Shown here: piece after piece, positions 35,901-48,896 of the stretch
Layout: each line of letters opens with the position of its first letter
Position numbering within the stretch: position 1 is the first letter of the stretch
NCBI RefSeq assembly: GCF_964355755.1
Contig: NC_092670.1
Span: 18,214,795-18,278,794, forward strand
Length of the DNA stretch: 64,000 nucleotides
Direction of reading: 5' to 3'
Source of the DNA: Antedon mediterranea
Lineage: Eukaryota; Animalia; Echinodermata
The notes under the pieces: model-generated
Seen by the model: the letters and a program-made list of their open reading frames with translations, nothing else
The model's database searches: none
What the model was told of the DNA's origin: nothing
Translations under genes and position numbers: made by a program

Positions 35901-38900
35901 TGACATGTTGTTTCAGGTATGGAATGCCAATTGACATGTTGTTTCAGGTATGGAATGCCAATTGACATGTAGTTATTTATTACGTTTGTTTACCAATATT
36001 TTGTTGTTGTTTTTTATGTGAAGGCCTTGCGTGGAGAGAAGATGCGCAGACTTTTATATCAGGGGGTAAAGATAGTATGCTAATACAACATGTGTTTAAA
36101 GATGGGAAGAAACCAGAACAAGATGCTGTGAGTATAAATAATAATAAATAGTCATCTACTTTGTATAAAGACACACAACATTGCATGTTCAATTTGTTTT
36201 CTACTACAAAATAAATAAATGTAAATGTGTGGGAATAACCTGAGCTGAATTGAGCATAGATGTTGACAGCACATAAAGTAACTTTCTTCTCTCCTAAGGG
36301 TCCCTTTATGTCAAATGGCAGGAGATGAATGGACCAGTATACCAGGGAAACCCCCTACTCTTTCAAAATAATGAATGAAAGTTTTTTAAAGTGCACACAA
36401 GCCAGATGTGTACACTGGATCTCTTCTTGTTCTACCACCAAGTCAAGGAGTGCTGTTGGGATAGCTAGCTAGCTACATTGCCCATGCCTTAACTGCTCGG
36501 CCACTCAACCTCGACAAACTGCTAAATATAAATTGTTACTTTATCATTTTTATTTTAGAGTCCAGTTGGTGTTGGGATGAACATCTATGGTACAATCTGT
36601 CAAGCCGTCAGCAGGCATGCATTCAAACCAGACACTGCCTCTTCCAGTTATCAGAACACCCGCCGTCCAATGTCTTTCCAAAAGCATGACACTGTTCCTC
36701 AAACCAAAGATTTCGAAAGCAAAATTTTTGTATATGACACAATAGATGATAAGGTATCTTTCTTATGTATACTTTTAATAGCATGTAATTCAATAGAGGA
36801 TATCTCTGACGAATGATTGGGTTTAGAACTAAAGCTCTGTCTACACTATCTAACTAGTATGACCAAAAAAGTGTGATGTATCCAAATATGGTAGATATGA
36901 CATCATCATGTCCATATATGGGAACATCACATTTTTTGTCACATAAAGTTTGATAGTGTAGACAGAACTTAAGGCAAGTGTTCGCAAAGGGAATTAAAAG
37001 CAACATGAAGAAACCCTCCCTATGAGTTGTTGTTATTATCTGTGCTCTCTTTGTTATAGGCTCATCCCTGCATAATATCCAGGCCCACTAACAATTAGTT
37101 TTTGACATAATTCCACACTTCAATTAAGTGTCCAAGGCAGGTTGGCTTATACTCTGTCAGTACTTGTATTGGTTAAAAAGTAACCGTCTTCATAGAGACA
37201 TCTGGTAGCCATTGACATAAAGTTGGCATTTGGATTAATGCTATTTAAGTGTACACAATATTTTCTTGAGGGTGACATACCACATTGCAATACTCTTTTT
37301 CGACAATTTGAATACAAACTCATACATTTTTACAAATATAAATATTTTCTGTGATTTTTTTCTTCAGTTTCCGGAAATATTTTTAGAGACTGCAAAGGGT
37401 TATAAATTGAGAGGTGTTCCTTTTGAGCAGCTATGTGAGCATAATGCAAAGATTGCTCAGAGTTTGAGTCGCCACCAAGTTGCTCAGACATGGCTCATGC
37501 TCAAGACGTTCTACACCGAGTCATCAAGCACGATTAAGAAACCAGTTCCGACATTTGGAAAAGTCACAATATTGGAAAACTCAAAGGGTTTGGGAGAATC
37601 TGAGAAAGGTAAAATTATCCATGTCACGATTTTCTTTAATATATTTTATAGTAGAGACTGAGAGGCTACTATGTTCTTTTTTACTCCATATGTTTAAAAT
37701 AAAATGCCCCATAAAAATATGTACCTTAAACTGTTAAAATTTATTTACTTACCACCACCAAATATTTTGTATAAATACATCTAATGAGAAAAGGATATAC
37801 TATACTACGACTGTATTATGATAAATAAGGCAGCATTGCCTTGAATGGTTATAATGTTATAATATCCCATGATATTTGTTAGACCTTTGGCCTTAAATTA
37901 TAATATCAAATTTGTATAATAAAAATATTCAATTTGAATCAAAATAATAATATTAACACATTACACACTTTATATAGATCTAAGCAAATCGATGGATAAA
38001 AAGTTTGACCCTTTGCCTTTAACTATAATATTAAATGTGTATAATGTTGAATTTGAACCAAAACAATAACACTATTACAACACTTTCTATCACAACAGAT
38101 CTAAGCAAAGCGATGGATAAAAAGTTATCGTTAACAACGTTAGGTGGATTAGACTCGACCACTGCTATTACGTCTGATGAATCACAGAGCGATAGCGAGT
38201 TGGACCCTAGCAACAGTACCTTTGTTCAGACGAACCATAAGGACAACCAGCACCAACAAGGAAGTTTTTTCTATCAAGAAAGCGACGACGATGATGAGTA
38301 TGGTGAGATCCAAGGCACGGATGGACAGGACGACTTTGACCTGCCCTCAGAAGCTGTTCAACAACGCCATGAACTCATTGACAGGTAGCCTACAATATTT
38401 GATTCATTTATATCAGTACTCACCACACCAACATTAAAGAATAAATGAATAAATAATAATTTGTTGATGTATATTGCAAAATCCATCAAATAAATGTTCA
38501 AATGACACCACAATATTATTCTAAAATAATAAAATATTTCGTAAAAAAACTAGTTTAACAAAAAAAAGTGTGATGTACCCAAATATAGTAGTAATATGTC
38601 ATTGTGTCCATATATGCCGAACATTTTTTTGTCACATAAAATTTGATAGTGTAGACAGGAGCTTAAAGGCCAGGTACGGGCAAAAAATTTCTATTGATCA
38701 TACATTCCAATAATTATCGATCTATAGTTTCCCCTATGTTTCATAATTTTTGGGATTTTATTTGTGTTACAGGAGCTTGTTGAAAATTAGCACTTTCATA
38801 TCAGTGGGGGGATAGTTCAAATTACACAGTAAAATCTCTATTCTTTTGTACACAATTTTTTAAAATAGAGAGGCATTTTAAAAAGCTATGAAAAATAAAC

Positions 38901-41900
38901 GGTGTGGTAAAAAATGTTATCAGATGACTAAATATAGGTAATATAACTTGAATTTTACATGTCTGGTATTTTTATTCAACTTCAGAATTTTATTTTCATG
39001 CAATAGCAAAAATTATCCACCGTATATCCACCATCTTTTTTCACCTTTTAGGGAGTCACCAGACATGTTATTACATTATGTTAACTACCTAACTACTGAA
39101 AAAAAGTCTTCTTGTTTTTTTTGGCAGAATTTTGCCAAATTTTGTATTTGACCATATTAGGGGAAATTCATGGTTTTTCGTCTTGATTTCTGTTACAAAT
39201 ATTTGATTTATGTACAATTAACCAAATATTATATTTAAAATTCATGCCTGTACCTGAGCTTTAAGAATGCAAGGTAATTGCAACATTGAAGTATTATGTG
39301 GTAACGTTTTTCATATTTTGCTGAAATAATTCTTTTGATATGCATTTTTTTTCCTATTTCAGACCATTATCACCAACTTTATCAAGGGACCGGTCTAGAC
39401 CAGAGTCTCCCATAAGGTAATGTGTTAGCATGTTTGAACAACAATTCCGCACTAAAGTCTTTATGATTTTGATATTTTAGTAAAAAAATAAATAATTATT
39501 AGCCAAAAATAGATACATTATGTAGAGTTTTAATTTACAATATTTTAATTTCTAGTACTGAGGAAACTGAGGTGTCAAACGTAGTGATTTCAAAGTTATC
39601 AGAAACTGTGATACCCTCTTACAAGTCAAACTTTTCTGGACTACAGTTGATGGCCAAGTATCAGCCTATCATTGTGGACATGTTGAAATTCTATGCTGAA
39701 CAGGTTAATGCTTTTAACTATATCTATCTTGCTGACAGGTTAATTAAATGCCTTTATGCAAGTTCTATTTCTTTTGTGTGGAAAAACCATATGAACTCTA
39801 ATGAATGGTGCTGTGGGCCATTTGAAGCGAGTCAAATAGCCAACCGGTTAAGGCACGGGCGCCATTTACCATACCTAAAGAGCTAATATTCGCATAGGTT
39901 CGAGGCCGACTCGCTCCTAGTTCTGGTGGTGGAACAAGTCTTCTCGGATAAGGACTATAAACCGTAGGTCCAGTGTACATAGTTAAAACCTGTGTGCACT
40001 TTAAAGAACACAGTTCATCATTCGAGATGAGTAGAGGGTTACTGGTTCACAAACTAGCCCCTGTGTCAGTGGGATTACCACCTATCTGATAGGACAGTGA
40101 TTAATTTACTATTGGTGCTGTAATCCTTGGCCACATGTGCCTAAAGACATAAAACTTAAAAAATAAAAAGGTTTTTTTTTTTGGTTGAATGGCATTTTTT
40201 TCAAAAGTTGGGTGGAGGGTTGGAGATAAGGAGTGCTGGGTCAATAAGTTTGTTGAACAATTTAATCTGCAAGGTACATCCCTGGCCTCCGACGTTGCTT
40301 TATTTGTTGCTGGTAAATGATAGTAAATGATATGTACAGTAGGTTCTTCCAATTAGTATTAACATTTATATAGCCCATGTTTTTACATTAATTAATACCA
40401 TTGCTTAAATTGCTTGAAATCAAATATCTTCTACTCATTCTCTTAAACTTTGGCCACAGAAAATCAATCATCATTAATAAGAACTGTTTAATTTTAATAG
40501 GGAGATGTACAAATGTCCGTTTGTGCTCTGATTGTGTTACAAGACAGGATAGAAGGAGAGATAGATGACGAGATGCAGGAGCATTGGTTTACATCGTATA
40601 TTGGTAAAAATTGTTTGTAAATATTTACAAATGTCATGGGTTGAAAGTTGAGAATAATATTTAGTCTAGGTGATATATGGTGATTCGGCTCAATGTTCTT
40701 TAAAAATAGAAAATCATTTTGGCACACACGGCATGCCACACCTATACTTGAGCTGGAATCTAGATTTGAAAAAAACCTAATAAAACAAAGCTCCTGCTAG
40801 ATACAAAGAAACAACTAAAGAGACTCGCATGGAATGTATACTGTAACTCTAAAGGTCTGTCTACACTATCAAACTTTATGTATGGACATGATGATGACAT
40901 ATCACTAACATATTTGGGCATATTACCACCATAATTGGGCACATCACACTTTTTTTTGTCAAACTAGTGTGGACAGAGCTTTACACAACAAGTTCTTGAC
41001 AAACTAAATAAAAAATATATGAGAGAGTTGTGTAAGGAAAACCTAGGCATCACAAATATTGCCACAAAACATTTTACACTACATTTTTATATATATTCCT
41101 GAATAATAATAGTAATTTATATTCCAGATCTTCTTCATCGCTTCAAACTGTACACCTGTGCTAATGAAATAATTAAGTTGTCCAAGTTAGAAAAAGTTGA
41201 AAGTATGAATCAGGTGAGAGGCAAATCACATTTTAAAATTGTTTGTTGCATATAAACCCAAATAAAAAAAAAGGCAAATTACTGAAAGAAATGCCACAGC
41301 TGTTGGTATCAGTGGTCGGAAAAATGTTGAAAATGTTATGTTTTTGGAATATTCTACTTTTCAGTTGTCCACAATTATCTACACAAAATGCAATAGGTGC
41401 CAGCATGATCTAGCCACCTGTGGATGGGCTTGCAGCAACTGTAACCTGCACACAAACACTTGCTCTGTGTGGTAAGTATGACGAACATTATTACCCCTAC
41501 AAATAAAATGTGTGTGAAAGCAAATAAGCCATTGAGATATTATAGTGAACTATAATATCTCTGGATAAGCACATTAGTTTGTGATATTACATAATTATTT
41601 ACTAGAACTATAGGTTCTTGGCTGGGAATGGAAGAAAAGTTTTAGCTATCAAACATGTGCTATATTATGATAAGAAATTTAGATACTTGACTCCTTGATG
41701 GAGAAGGGAGTGAACATAAGAGTAGGCCTACAGAAATTAAAATATATCTCTCATTTTCTCTTTGTATTGCAGTCATCTACCTGTGAAGGGCCTGTATGTA
41801 TGGTGTCAAGGATGTAGTCATGGTGGTCATCTATCGCACATTTATGATTGGTTGAAAGACAATAAAACATGCCCTACAGGATGTGGTCACTTGTGTGAAT

Positions 41901-41908
41901 ACGTTTGA
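32910..41908 (+). CDS. WDR24: GATOR2 complex subunit WDR24 (790 aa, 17 coding exons)
   Basis: Exons 32910-32934, 33293-33415, 33693-33806, 33947-34131, 34334-34462, 34777-34908, 35495-35699, 36024-36127, 36559-36753, 37368-37608, 38099-38384, 39363-39416, 39556-39703, 40501-40603, 41128-41213, 41365-41471, 41773-41908(TGA); all phases consistent. WD40 '[21 protein letters not shown]', 'WDVRRPFIP', '[13 protein letters not shown]', C-terminal Zn/RING '[34 protein letters not shown]'. First 25-nt exon is the least certain. Confidence 0.95.
35688..35975 (+). repeat. 31 bp tandem repeat, 8 full units plus a partial, starting at the WDR24 exon 7 donor
   Basis: Unit GTATGRAATGCCAATTGACATGTWGTTWCAG; first unit begins at the true donor 35700 and the exon end gacgtagttacag matches the unit end. 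Confidence 0.97.
36250..36512 (-). mobile_element. Degenerate tRNA-derived SINE, same family as 39827-40110
   Basis: Minus strand: tggccgagcagttaaggcatggg ... ggtggtagaacaag ... tccagtgtacac ... tgtgtgcactttaaa ... gagtagggggtt. Confidence 0.65.
36833..36969. mobile_element. MITE family A copy with TAA target duplication
   Basis: taa-AGCTCTGTCTACACTATC ... GATAGTGTAGACAGAACT-taa. Confidence 0.9.
37880..38127 (+). repeat. ~121-125 bp tandem duplication spanning the WDR24 exon 11 acceptor
   Basis: ag|atctaagcaaa(t/g)cgatggataaaaagtt occurs at 37978 and 38099 with similar upstream intron sequence. Confidence 0.9.
38547..38663. mobile_element. MITE family A copy (left end truncated)
   Basis: aactagttt..aaagtgtgatgtacccaaatat ... 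tttgatagtgtagacaggagct. Confidence 0.8.
38667..39260. mobile_element. Non-autonomous TIR element with TTAA target duplication (Kolobok-like)
   Basis: ttaa-AGGCCAGGTACGGGCA ... TGCCTGTACCTGAGCT-ttaa. Confidence 0.7.
39827..40110 (+). mobile_element. tRNA-derived SINE with Deu/Nin-like central domain
   Basis: A-box tagccaaccgg, B-box ggttcgaggcc, then cttctcggataaggactataaaccgtaggtcc...taaagaac...gagtagagggtta, resembling the DeuSINE core as recalled. Confidence 0.65.
40853..40980. mobile_element. MITE family A copy (internal deletions)
   Basis: aggtctgtctacactatcaaact ... agtgtggacagagct. Confidence 0.85.
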
Positions 41909-42309
41909 TTGGTCGATTCTTCCATTAATGTTGAAATAGTTCATTAATGTTGTAGCATTTAAATATATAGCACTATTATTTTGGTATAGGGAGTGTGGAA
42001 AATAAGAACACAGAACTAAATCATTTAGTAGATCTTTTTAAATAATTTTATTTGGTCAAAAGATAAATTATAATCTTGCAGAAAAAGATTTTTTTTTTCT
42101 CAAAATAAAACTATGGTATTAAATATTTTGTTTTAGATATCTCATATATTTGTGCAATATTTTTATATCTATATAATAAAATTCATGATTGAAATTAGGT
42201 TGAGTTTGTTTTTTTTAATACTTGAATTGTGTTGGGTGTGGTGGAAGTTCATAGGAATTTAGTTCTCATCAAAATGAAAGTTATAACATGAGAATGCACA
42301 TTATTGTGT

Positions 42310-42460
42310 TTGCGCCCTCTCACAACAAGATGGGTTTGAAACTTTTTGGAAAAATTTTTGCATTGGACGTCGTGCGCGAAATTCAAACAAAATCTGAATT
42401 TTTAGAGTGTAACTTTGACCGTAAATTTCAGCTTGGTACTTTTTAATATTTCATGGTAAG
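42310..42460 (+). promoter_or_regulatory. Probable TMEM198 promoter / non-coding first exon with E2F+CHR-type motif
   Basis: CpG patch with GCGCGAAATTCAAA at 42374-42387, candidate donor atg|gtaagg near 42456, CTAG-rich island downstream as at other 5' ends. Confidence 0.4.
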
Positions 42461-45400
42461 GTATAACCTTAATTTTTGTGTCAGTTTGAGTATTAGGCCT
42501 AGTACTGGAGGGTTCAGTTAATTTAGTTTGCTAGGCTAGCCTAGTTTAGGCCATTGTTTTGTTCTCTGCATGATGAGCACCAGGCTACTCCTGGACCCTG
42601 GTTGTAGCAGCAGCAGGCCCGCGCAGCTAGCTGGAAGGAACGAACGACTGTCACTACCTACCTAATACTAGCCTAGCCCTAGTTGTAGTATTAGTAGATT
42701 ATAGTTTGTTCTATAATAAAATCTGGTATGGAGTTGGATATTACTATAAAACAATTTAAAGTATTGGTTGTTTTCTTTGTAATCTGTATGTTGGATTGGA
42801 TATTTAAAAAAATCAATATCAACTGAAAATGAAAATTTTATTTTTTTTAAATGAGGCAAAAGCAAAAGGTGAATTGAATACAATTACAGTTTATTATGTT
42901 ATTATTAATCTACATTAATAATGATCTAATATTTACATCCTATTTGACTAGCCTAGGCTAGGCCTTTGTATTCTTTTTGTTATGCCTTTTTATACTTAAT
43001 AAATCAAATTGAAAAGTACCACCTTGCCATTGGTTTAAATAATGCATTGTGTTAAAGAGAGAACAACACTAGAATCTCAGCATGATGGAGGTAAACCTAC
43101 AGAGACTTTTGTATTACATACATCACTCAAACAAATCCTATAAATTCTATACTAATGTTATTGAAAAGGTTTCACTGCGGGATAAAAAGGTGGGTTTTAA
43201 TGTATTGTCTAAAGAATCCAATAAGCCTACCTTAGAACAAAAATAACAAAATGAAAGATTTTATTTATTTTTAATCTTAGAAAATAAAGGAGGATTTTGT
43301 TGTTGAAACTGTTTCAGACACAATCTATGATGATTCTGTGTTTGAATTTTATATATATTCCATCTATTTTAGAATTGAACTGAGTCTGTGTTCATGTACA
43401 GATTAAAACAAGTATAAATAATGCCATCAAATAATATCCTAGCAGCTACAACAACAACAAGAATTAATGTATAGGCCCTAATAAAATAAAATAAATATAA
43501 TAAATGTATGTATAAAAAAATGATACTCATGGTATAATTTAACTCCAAGAAGGATTTAATGCAGAATTATCAAGCAATAGATTATTTAGTTATAATTTTC
43601 CCTCTCCTATTCCTAATATTTATTGGTAGGATCTGACCCTAGCTGCATATTATTTATTTTTATAATAAATCATGTTTATTCTTATTTATTTCAAAAATAT
43701 TTTACGAGCTATGTGGTTCATCCAGCCAAAGTAGATCATTAGCAATCTTCATAATAATATAATTTGACAATAACACACAAAAAATAATCTTTAAATAATG
43801 CACTGCTCTTATGTAAAATTATGCAAGAATCTTACAACAATCTTGAATTTCAAGTAATGTCCAAGTAGCTTATCAAGGATAGGAATTTCTCAAGTGCCTT
43901 CTTAAGTCATTCTGTTTACAGAAAGTCTACCTACCTTCAGTTTTTATCTCCTACAGTACATGTATTTAATCACGAACGAACGATGTTCCACTACAACAGT
44001 ATGAATTGTTTGAAAAAATGGTAAAGTTTGAAAAAACTGTGTGACTGTGAGAGTGAAAAATCACTTTTAAACTGAGATTCAAACTTTGACTTGGAAAATA
44101 CTTGATATGCAGATGTACCTCTACCATTAGAGGAATATTTAGGAAAAAAATTATTTCAATTTTATTGTGATATGGGGGAACAGTCTGAGCATTTTGTAAA
44201 GTAATTCTAGGATGTTCTTCTGTGGTATCACAACCTTGCAATAAAATTGGACTGTCTCATCTGAGGTCCTTACTTCTTTCAACACAATTAAAAATCATTT
44301 AAACAATTAATTAGCATCTTCACTAATTATTTGTTTATTATGCGTTAATTATTTTCATGCAGGTACTGTAATTAACCTGTCAAAAGCAAGGTAAAAGGGT
44401 TGACTGATAAACAGTTTATTATTTACCATTCATAATAATTAAATGAGAAATAATTAATTAAGAAATTAAAAATAATTAGCTCAATAAAACGGAATTAAAC
44501 AGTTGCAAATAACAGGGCGGTAAATAACTAATAGTTACCAATACCTTTTGTGTGAATTGTTTGTGACGTTATTGTGGCTTTTGTGATTGTTGGCTTTCAA
44601 CTTGTTTTTCAAATTTCAACCCACATAAATTATATTCTTTTCAAAACCTGTTTTATCATCAACAGAACAATGATTTATAATATATTGGAACATTCCATTA
44701 TATGATTGGGGGTATTTATATTTTTGTATCAGAAATTTTGTGATTTGAAAAGAATTTTTAAATGTTGTATTAAAATACAGCATTTCAGGTTTAAAAAAAA
44801 TAAAAGGGTTTGGTCTGGCTGTGTACGTAATTATTGGGGGTGGGATTATACTGAGTCAGATTGCATTAAAAGTGGAAGTCTCAAGTGTTCTTAGTAACCC
44901 TAAATTAAAGGGTTTGATCTTATTCGAACATGCTATTTATTATTATAGTCGGTGATATTCTCACTCCTGAAATGTCGAGAAACTAAACAGTTCTTTTCAG
45001 AACTACACATGATGTAGTTTGTACAGTACCACAAACCTTATATAAAAAACATATTAATTTACCATGCAAACCTTAAAACAATAAGATATTATTAATTATT
45101 ATTAACTACGATTTAATTAACATGGTTTTTTCATGAGCCTGCTGATTGGATTAAAGTTGACGCATAAGGAGAGGGAAAGAGAGAGAGAGAAATAAAGAAT
45201 TAATGGTAGAAGAGTGTGATGGAAACATTGCTGTAAAATTGTGAATATTTTATTATTAACACGCAACTAAAATGATGTTTTGACATGGTCTATTTGCCTT
45301 GTCTTGTTTGATTTCAAACTTAAAGCATGCTCATTCATTGAACTGTGAATTTGTATTGATTCATGTCAACAAACGCAATGTTTGTTAAGAATCATTGATT

Positions 45401-45476
45401 TGAATATTTAACATGGTTCGATGATTGACACTCAATCGTAGGTTGATGTTGGATCAATCATTGTATGACATACTAA

Positions 45477-45632
45477 AGCTCTGTCTACACTATCAAACTT
45501 TATGTGACAAAAAAATGTGATGTGCACATGGACATGATGATGTCTTATCACTATTATATTTAAGCATATTACTACCATATTTGAAAACATTACACTTTTT
45601 TGTCAAACTAGTTTGATAGTGTAGACAGAGCT
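45477..45632. mobile_element. MITE family A copy with TAA target duplication
   Basis: taa-AGCTCTGTCTACACTATCAAACT ... AGTTTGATAGTGTAGACAGAGCT-taa, perfect 23-bp TIR. Confidence 0.93.
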
Positions 45633-46977
45633 TAAGATTTGATGGTGTTATCACCTTTAGTAACTAGCAATAAAAACATTTTTTTTTGTTATAATTGATA
45701 ACAAATTGTCCAAAGAAAGATAAAGAAGGATAATTAATAATTAATTTCATAATTTAATTTTGATGATTTACCGCAATTTGTATTTTAAACAAGAACCAAA
45801 TGATTTTTAAATGGAGGTTGATACATTATAAACTTTTGTTGACAATACTTCAATAAACTTTATGGGTTTAGTGGTGTTAAATAAAAATTTAAAGTATAGT
45901 ATGCAGCCAACTCAACCTATTTACATGGTACCAGACTCCGATATTTTGGGTTGGTCTATAACCACATGGACCATTTTGTATAAATTAAAAGTTGTTCTAA
46001 TTATTTGTTGGGTGTGGGCTTGCATACCTTAGCATGGGCTTATCCATGAGTTGTACACTAAATTGTAGATTCAATGATGATATACAGTAGGCGTAAACCA
46101 CATAACCACATCAGTAGTACCCTACCAGTGAATTATTAAACTAACTGTATTTTGCATGTTGCTATTAATTTCCTAAGTAATTACACTACAAATATTACTA
46201 CTTCTACTGTAGTAGCTTTAGTAGTCGGCTAGGCTTGGACATGCGATAGTGCATTCAATTTTGGTCAACAAAGCTGTTGTTGAGTCAAGTGTTGACATTT
46301 CGCTCGTTTCTGTAAAAGCTTATTTGATCTGGGGGAAATGACAAACACAACGTGCTGGGTTGCTTCAGGGTTTAAGACAACAACTTAAGTTGTACGCTCA
46401 GTTTAACAGTTACCAGCTTACAGGAAGCCTACCAGAAAAGTGCATTTAATGGATTATTAACAGTAAGTTTATATAAAGATGACAACCTGAATTTTATTTT
46501 TAGGAGATAATTTTTAGTACACCCAAATTTAGAATACATTAAATAAATGTACAGTAGCTGGATAATGTCCTGGTTCCACACAAAAATGGAGAATACAAAC
46601 ATTTGGATTGTTATTCTTCCGATTTATTAATATTATCGTTATTGTACTCTTGTACAGTAGCATCAAATCATTACTTCAATTAAAGCTATGGGGTGAAGTT
46701 GGTCTCTGAGATTTAGACCCCCACAACCAACAGTAGGCCCTACTTAAACCACTGTTATTACTGTAGTTTGTGACTTCAAAAGTGGCCTAATACCCAGATT
46801 GGAAACTCTTGGGCTGGCCTAATGTTTTTGGACCTCAAGAAAAGTCTGGTATTCTATTAGGAGAAGTCAATGTTTTCAACAGGTTCCATTTTTGTTTTTA
46901 TTTTATTCTAAAAACTTTTCAGAAAGTTAAACTGAAATTTTACATGATAAACAAGGGATATTTGATTTTGAGAGTTA

Positions 46978-47798
46978 CCGTATATTTCGGTGTATAAGTC
47001 GCATTTTTAACACGCAAATTTGACCTCTAAATTAAGGGTGCGTCTTATACACCGAACATAAATGCCTCACCACACAGATTGTACATAATCGTCACCTCGT
47101 TGGTTGGCGCGGCTAGGCCTAGGCTAGCTACAGTGTACTAACGTAACGGCAACCTGCTTCTGCCTAGTTTTCAAGGCATTTTAGCGTGATGTTATACTAA
47201 ATATGATGAAAAGATTTGTTCATTATAGAGATGTTTTAGGCGCTCCAATAAAATTTCATTTGTAAACGTTTACGATTGGAATGTATTTATTTATAGTTAT
47301 ACGCACGATCGCCGACCGCTGTACCCCTAGCGCAAGCCCTTCTTGGCGGCCACATGGTGTACGGTATTCTACTAGTATATTCTCCAGTTGATTATAGCAT
47401 GGACCTAGCGTATACACTTCTCGGATACATAGATACTAATCGAATACGATTGTCCGTGAAAACGTGCGCCCTCTCGAAATGATCGAGCGAGGCTAGCCCA
47501 CACACGGTCACGCACTCGATGTTGCGGGTGCGAAACTCATTAATAACAAGTTAGAAAGAACTTGTTGAGGCTGGGCGCGACCGAGCCTAGGTAAGAAAAA
47601 ACCTAAATAAAGACTTCGTTGTAGATATATAACCAAAAATATTATTACAATAATATTGATTACAATTTAAAAAAACATTGTTTTGATGAAATATAAAGTG
47701 CGTCTTATACATCGACGATATAAAAAATACCGATATTTTACTCTCAGTTAGGGGGTGCGTCTTATACACGGGTGCGACTTATACACTGAAATATACGG
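46978..47798. mobile_element. Non-autonomous Tc1/mariner-superfamily (pogo/Tc2-like) element, TA target duplication
   Basis: ta-CCGTATATTTCGGTGTATAAGTCGCA ... TGCGACTTATACACTGAAATATACGG-ta; subterminal gtgcgtcttatac repeats; CpG-rich interior; no transposase ORF. Confidence 0.9.
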
Positions 47799-48896
47799 TA
47801 ACTGTTCTGCATCAGGGACTAAATAAAAAAATGGTGACTTATGTGGTAAAATATTTCAAACCTGAAGTTGACAAAGTTGTGCCAGTATTTAAATCTTATA
47901 AGTTACAATATTATAGCATGAAGTTTGTACCTTGCCGGGAAAATGTGTAGATACAGTATATTGACTGATAAAGAAAGATACTGCCGGCAGTGTTTGTGTC
48001 AGTACCAGTCTGTACAGGATAGTGTAGTATTAATCATAATATCTAATATTAGTATCGCATTATCTTGATTTGAAACAGATTATTTTGATTGACTATAATT
48101 CTAATTTGTAAAAGTACTATAAAGCTATTGTATCACTGTCGTCTGGCCTCTTTACAACGAAGCTCTTCTTGAACCAAAATAATTACAGAATGTAAAATAA
48201 ATGATTGTTGAGGCTTGGTGTAAAACTGTAAGAATTTAGTTAAAATTAACTTGCCAGAATAGAATGAAGGAATATATAATTAATCAATCAATTTCTTTTA
48301 TATCGGAAATATTTCATCCATATCAACAAACGCACAAACAGAAAGAGAAAAAAAGAAAGCTATAGGAATTCTCCATACATATTATATGAATGTGTGGTGT
48401 TTCATAAGTTTGCTAAGTGATATTAATAATCATAACAATAGCATACAAAAGTATTATATAAATGAACTGGTTTTTCTATAAGTTCATATTCCCTATTTTG
48501 TTAAGATAGTACCCTAGAATTTTTCTGTTAAAAAGTTCAAACTTATTAAACTACCAGTTTATGTTATTATACTGTATTTAATGGACTGTAACTAATGTAT
48601 CAACTGAAATATATAGTGTAGATTATAATCATTATGTATCTGCTCACTTATAATATATAGACTTCTTCTATTCATTTCATAATTGCATGACGGCTAATTG
48701 TACAAGATATGTAAAGTCTGCGAATTTATATTATCCTCCTCATAAAGTTATACACTGTTGTTAAATCTTTTGTGCATTCTTATGATTGGAACTTTTTTCA
48801 AACAGGGTTAATAACTTTAGATCAAAAATAACTTTTTGTTGGAGGGCCAGATCCAGAATGTTGGGATAGCCTATCTTAGTGTAGAAGGCCATTTAA

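Noticed and set aside
35700-35975. 31-bp repeats as a CRISPR array
   Set aside because: Units are directly adjacent with no unique spacers, inside a eukaryotic intron, with no cas genes
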